A stretch of 64,000 nt of DNA, from contig CAWHMU010000045.1 in the NCBI GenBank assembly GCA_963830365.1, positions 32,001 through 96,000 of the forward strand, written 5' to 3'. Source of the stretch: an uncultured Chlamydiae bacterium (GTDB lineage: Bacteria > Chlamydiota > Chlamydiia > Chlamydiales > Parachlamydiaceae). A model generated the notes under the pieces. The model worked only from the letters and a program-made list of their open reading frames with translations, searched no databases and had not been told where the DNA came from. A program made the position numbers and the translations under genes. Shown one piece after another: positions 61,795 to 64,000 of the stretch (position 1 is its first letter; each line of letters begins with the position of its first letter).

Positions 61795-62181
61795 GGTTCA
61801 TCCGCCAAATCGGTGCTTAAAAAACGGTTTTTTTAGCCGACTGGTTTTCAGCAGCGCAGCGGCAATAGCATGTAGGCCCATGCGTTAGCTTGGGGTTAAG
61901 TCAATTTAAGACGAAAGTTCCGGACGGGGCGACAGACTACGATTACTAGCCGAATCACAAAAGCGATCTTTAGGCTACTACACAACTTTTCTCCTACAAA
62001 GAGAGTGGCCGAAGTCTGCCGCCGTTTCACGACTCCATATTCTGATTTAGTTTACCCCAAGCTAACGCATGGGGCTACATGCTTGCGCCTCTTCGAGGTT
62101 AAAGGGCAATATTTTAAGACTGAGGTTGTGGACAAGATAAAAAATAAAGAACAAACAAAGCATTCATTTGCCGGATGAACC
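61795..62181. mobile_element. Non-autonomous ISL3-like MITE containing a REPIN-like palindrome
   Basis: Ends GGTTCATCCGCCAAAT / CATTTGCCGGATGAACC. Internal arms AGCATGTAGGCCCATGCGTTAGCTTGGGGT / ACCCCAAGCTAACGCATGGGGCTACATGCT are related to 59320-59557. Confidence 0.65.
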
Positions 62182-62186
62182 TTTTT

Positions 62187-62349
62187 GGTTCATCCAGCAA
62201 ATGTGCGCATCACTTCAATGGCTTTCAGCCTTAAGCAGCAGATGAATGCACGCTTATGTGCATTTTCTAGCCTTAAGTGTTCATACACCAGGCCTTCGCG
62301 CTGCAGCCTTGGCTTTTCAGTTGTAATGCATCCATTTGCCGGATGAGCC
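62187..62349. mobile_element. 163-bp non-autonomous ISL3-like MITE
   Basis: Ends GGTTCATCCAGCAAATG / CATTTGCCGGATGAGCC match the ISL3 IR at 49347/50723; no ORF. Confidence 0.7.
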
Positions 62350-62476
62350 TAGATTTTTGTGTATATATTTAAAAAATGTAATTTACTATAAGCTGACCTA
62401 TAAGTCCGCACTGGAAATAGGGGATTCAAAAAAAGAAACCAGGCTATGTGAAAAATAACGAGCTAGAGGAAACGCT

Positions 62477-64000
62477 ATGAATCCACACGATATAGACCCA
62501 AGTGCAAGTATAAAAGGATATGATTCTTTAATGGATCTAGCTTTGAACCTACGCTCGTATTGGAATCATAGCACGGACGCGATATGGTACCAGCTCGATC
62601 CGGAATTATGGGAATTAACGCGTAACCCATGGGCTATTTTGCAGACTGTATCAAGCGAAAAACTCACGGCGCTTTTGGCCGATCAAAAATTTAGCAGTCT
62701 TATCAACGGCCTCGTAAAAGCCAGAAAAGACGCTCTGAATGCGCCCACTTGGTTTCAGGAAAATCACGCTAATTCCCCTCTCACTTGCATCGCCTATTTC
62801 AGCATGGAATTTATGTTAAGCGAGGCGCTGCCCATCTATTCCGGCGGCCTCGGAAATGTAGCCGGCGATCAGCTTAAAACGGCAAGCGATCTTGGCGTGC
62901 CGGTCATCGCCATCGGATTGCTTTACAGCCAGGGCTATTTCCGACAATTCATCGATAAAAACGGCGAGCAACAGGAACTCTATCCCTACAATGACCCGGG
63001 GCAATTACCCATCAGACCTTTGCGCTTGCCGAATGGGGAATGGCTGCGCTTGAAAATCGATTTGCCTGGCTGGTCGCTTTGGCTGCGTGCGTGGGAAGTC
63101 AAAGTGGGCAGAAGAAAGCTTTATTTATTGGATAGCAATGACATAGCTAATATTCCTGCTCATAGAGGCATAACCAGTGAACTTTACGGCGGCGACAGCG
63201 AGCTGCGCTTAAAACAAGAATTGATTTTAGGCATTGGTGGATGGCATCTGCTTGAAGCCCTTGGCATACAACCAGAAATCTGTCATATGAATGAGGGGCA
63301 CGCGGCTTTTGTTGTATTGGAACGCGCTTTCAGCTTTATGAAAAAGGCGAAGCAACCTTTCGAAGTGGCTTTGGCTGCCACTAGGATAGGTAATCTCTTT
63401 ACCACCCATACGGCAGTAGCTGCTGGGTTTGATCGATTTCCTCCTGATCTCATTGTGAAATATCTGGGAAAGTATGCCCAAACAAAGCTGGGCATTTCGC
63501 TTGAGGAGTTGCTTGCCCTGGGCAGGTTAAACACGAATGAAGATTTCAACATGGCTTATTTGGCTATCCGTGGAAGCGGTTCTGTCAATGGCGTTAGTCA
63601 ACTGCATGGCGTCGTAAGCCGGCAGCTGTTTGAAGATTTATACCCTCGATGGCCTGAAGGAGAAATTCCGGTCAAATTTGTCACAAATGGAGTTCACATG
63701 CCGAGTTGGGACTCTTCACTTTCTGATATTCTTTGGACCGAGGCTTGTGGAAAAGGGCGCTGGCTTGGAAAGACAGAGGAGCTAGAGAAGAAAATCCGCG
63801 CTGTGCCGGATACGAAAATTTGGCACATGCGCAACCTGTCGAGGAGCCATCTGATTGATCATGCTCGCACTCGGCTAGACAGGCAGTTGGCAGCTAGGGG
63901 TGCCGCTGAAGAAGTTATTGAGAAATCAAAATATTTTTTAAATCCCGATACCTTGACCTTAGGCTTTGCACGCCGTTTTGCAGCCTACAAAAGGCCCGAT
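62477..64000 (+). CDS. glgP: Alpha-glucan (glycogen/maltodextrin) phosphorylase, 3'-truncated by the window edge (not in ORF track)
   Basis: GAGGA RBS, ATG at 62477; LALNLRSYWNH, LDPELWELTRNPW, IAYFSMEF.L.EALPIYSGGLGNVAGD, ELYGGD, HMNEGHAAF, FTTHT, NGVSQLHG, VTNGVH, GFARRFAAYKRP. Confidence 0.95.
   Translation, partial: MNPHDIDPSASIKGYDSLMDLALNLRSYWNHSTDAIWYQLDPELWELTRNPWAILQTVSSEKLTALLADQKFSSLINGLVKARKDALNAPTWFQENHANSPLTCIAYFSMEFMLSEALPIYSGGLGNVAGDQLKTASDLGVPVIAIGLLYSQGYFRQFIDKNGEQQELYPYNDPGQLPIRPLRLPNGEWLRLKIDLPGWSLWLRAWEVKVGRRKLYLLDSNDIANIPAHRGITSELYGGDSELRLKQELILGIGGWHLLEALGIQPEICHMNEGHAAFVVLERAFSFMKKAKQPFEVALAATRIGNLFTTHTAVAAGFDRFPPDLIVKYLGKYAQTKLGISLEELLALGRLNTNEDFNMAYLAIRGSGSVNGVSQLHGVVSRQLFEDLYPRWPEGEIPVKFVTNGVHMPSWDSSLSDILWTEACGKGRWLGKTEELEKKIRAVPDTKIWHMRNLSRSHLIDHARTRLDRQLAARGAAEEVIEKSKYFLNPDTLTLGFARRFAAYKRPD

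Overview
Bacterial chromosomal window. The tkt-hemE-hemG gene order, the GlgC/TpiA style and an Inc-like orphan suggest an environmental chlamydia (Parachlamydiales-like); this is inference only. The first ~13.7 kb is visibly GC-richer core DNA: a 5'-truncated giant IPT/TIG-repeat surface protein, hemG(hemY), hemE, tkt and a Wzy/O-antigen-ligase-like membrane protein. From ~13.75 kb the DNA becomes AT-richer and IS-rich and forms an accessory carbon-storage/sugar-phosphate/ion-homeostasis region. Its sugar genes are a 3034-aa cyclic beta-1,2-glucan synthase, glgC, a HAD hydrolase, a shredded ackA, phosphoketolase, an apparent FBA-PGI fusion, tpiA, gnd, zwf and a partial glgP. Its ion and membrane genes are a Cu P1B-ATPase, a two-domain multicopper oxidase with TolC, a P3A H+-ATPase, TIGR00341, DUF302, an SPFH protein and YihY. 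Mobile DNA comprises IS21, IS3, two identical IS66 copies, a dead ISL3, IS remnants and several MITE/REP-like palindromes. Most notable: both P-type ATPases carry a fused DUF2934-like module (one N-terminal, one C-terminal); FBA and PGI form one ORF; ackA is reduced to a mosaic remnant; a hidden xfp'-'multicopper-oxidase chimera records a deleted second block; and IS66 has clipped the Met/His tail off the oxidase. No rRNA, tRNA or CRISPR array was seen.
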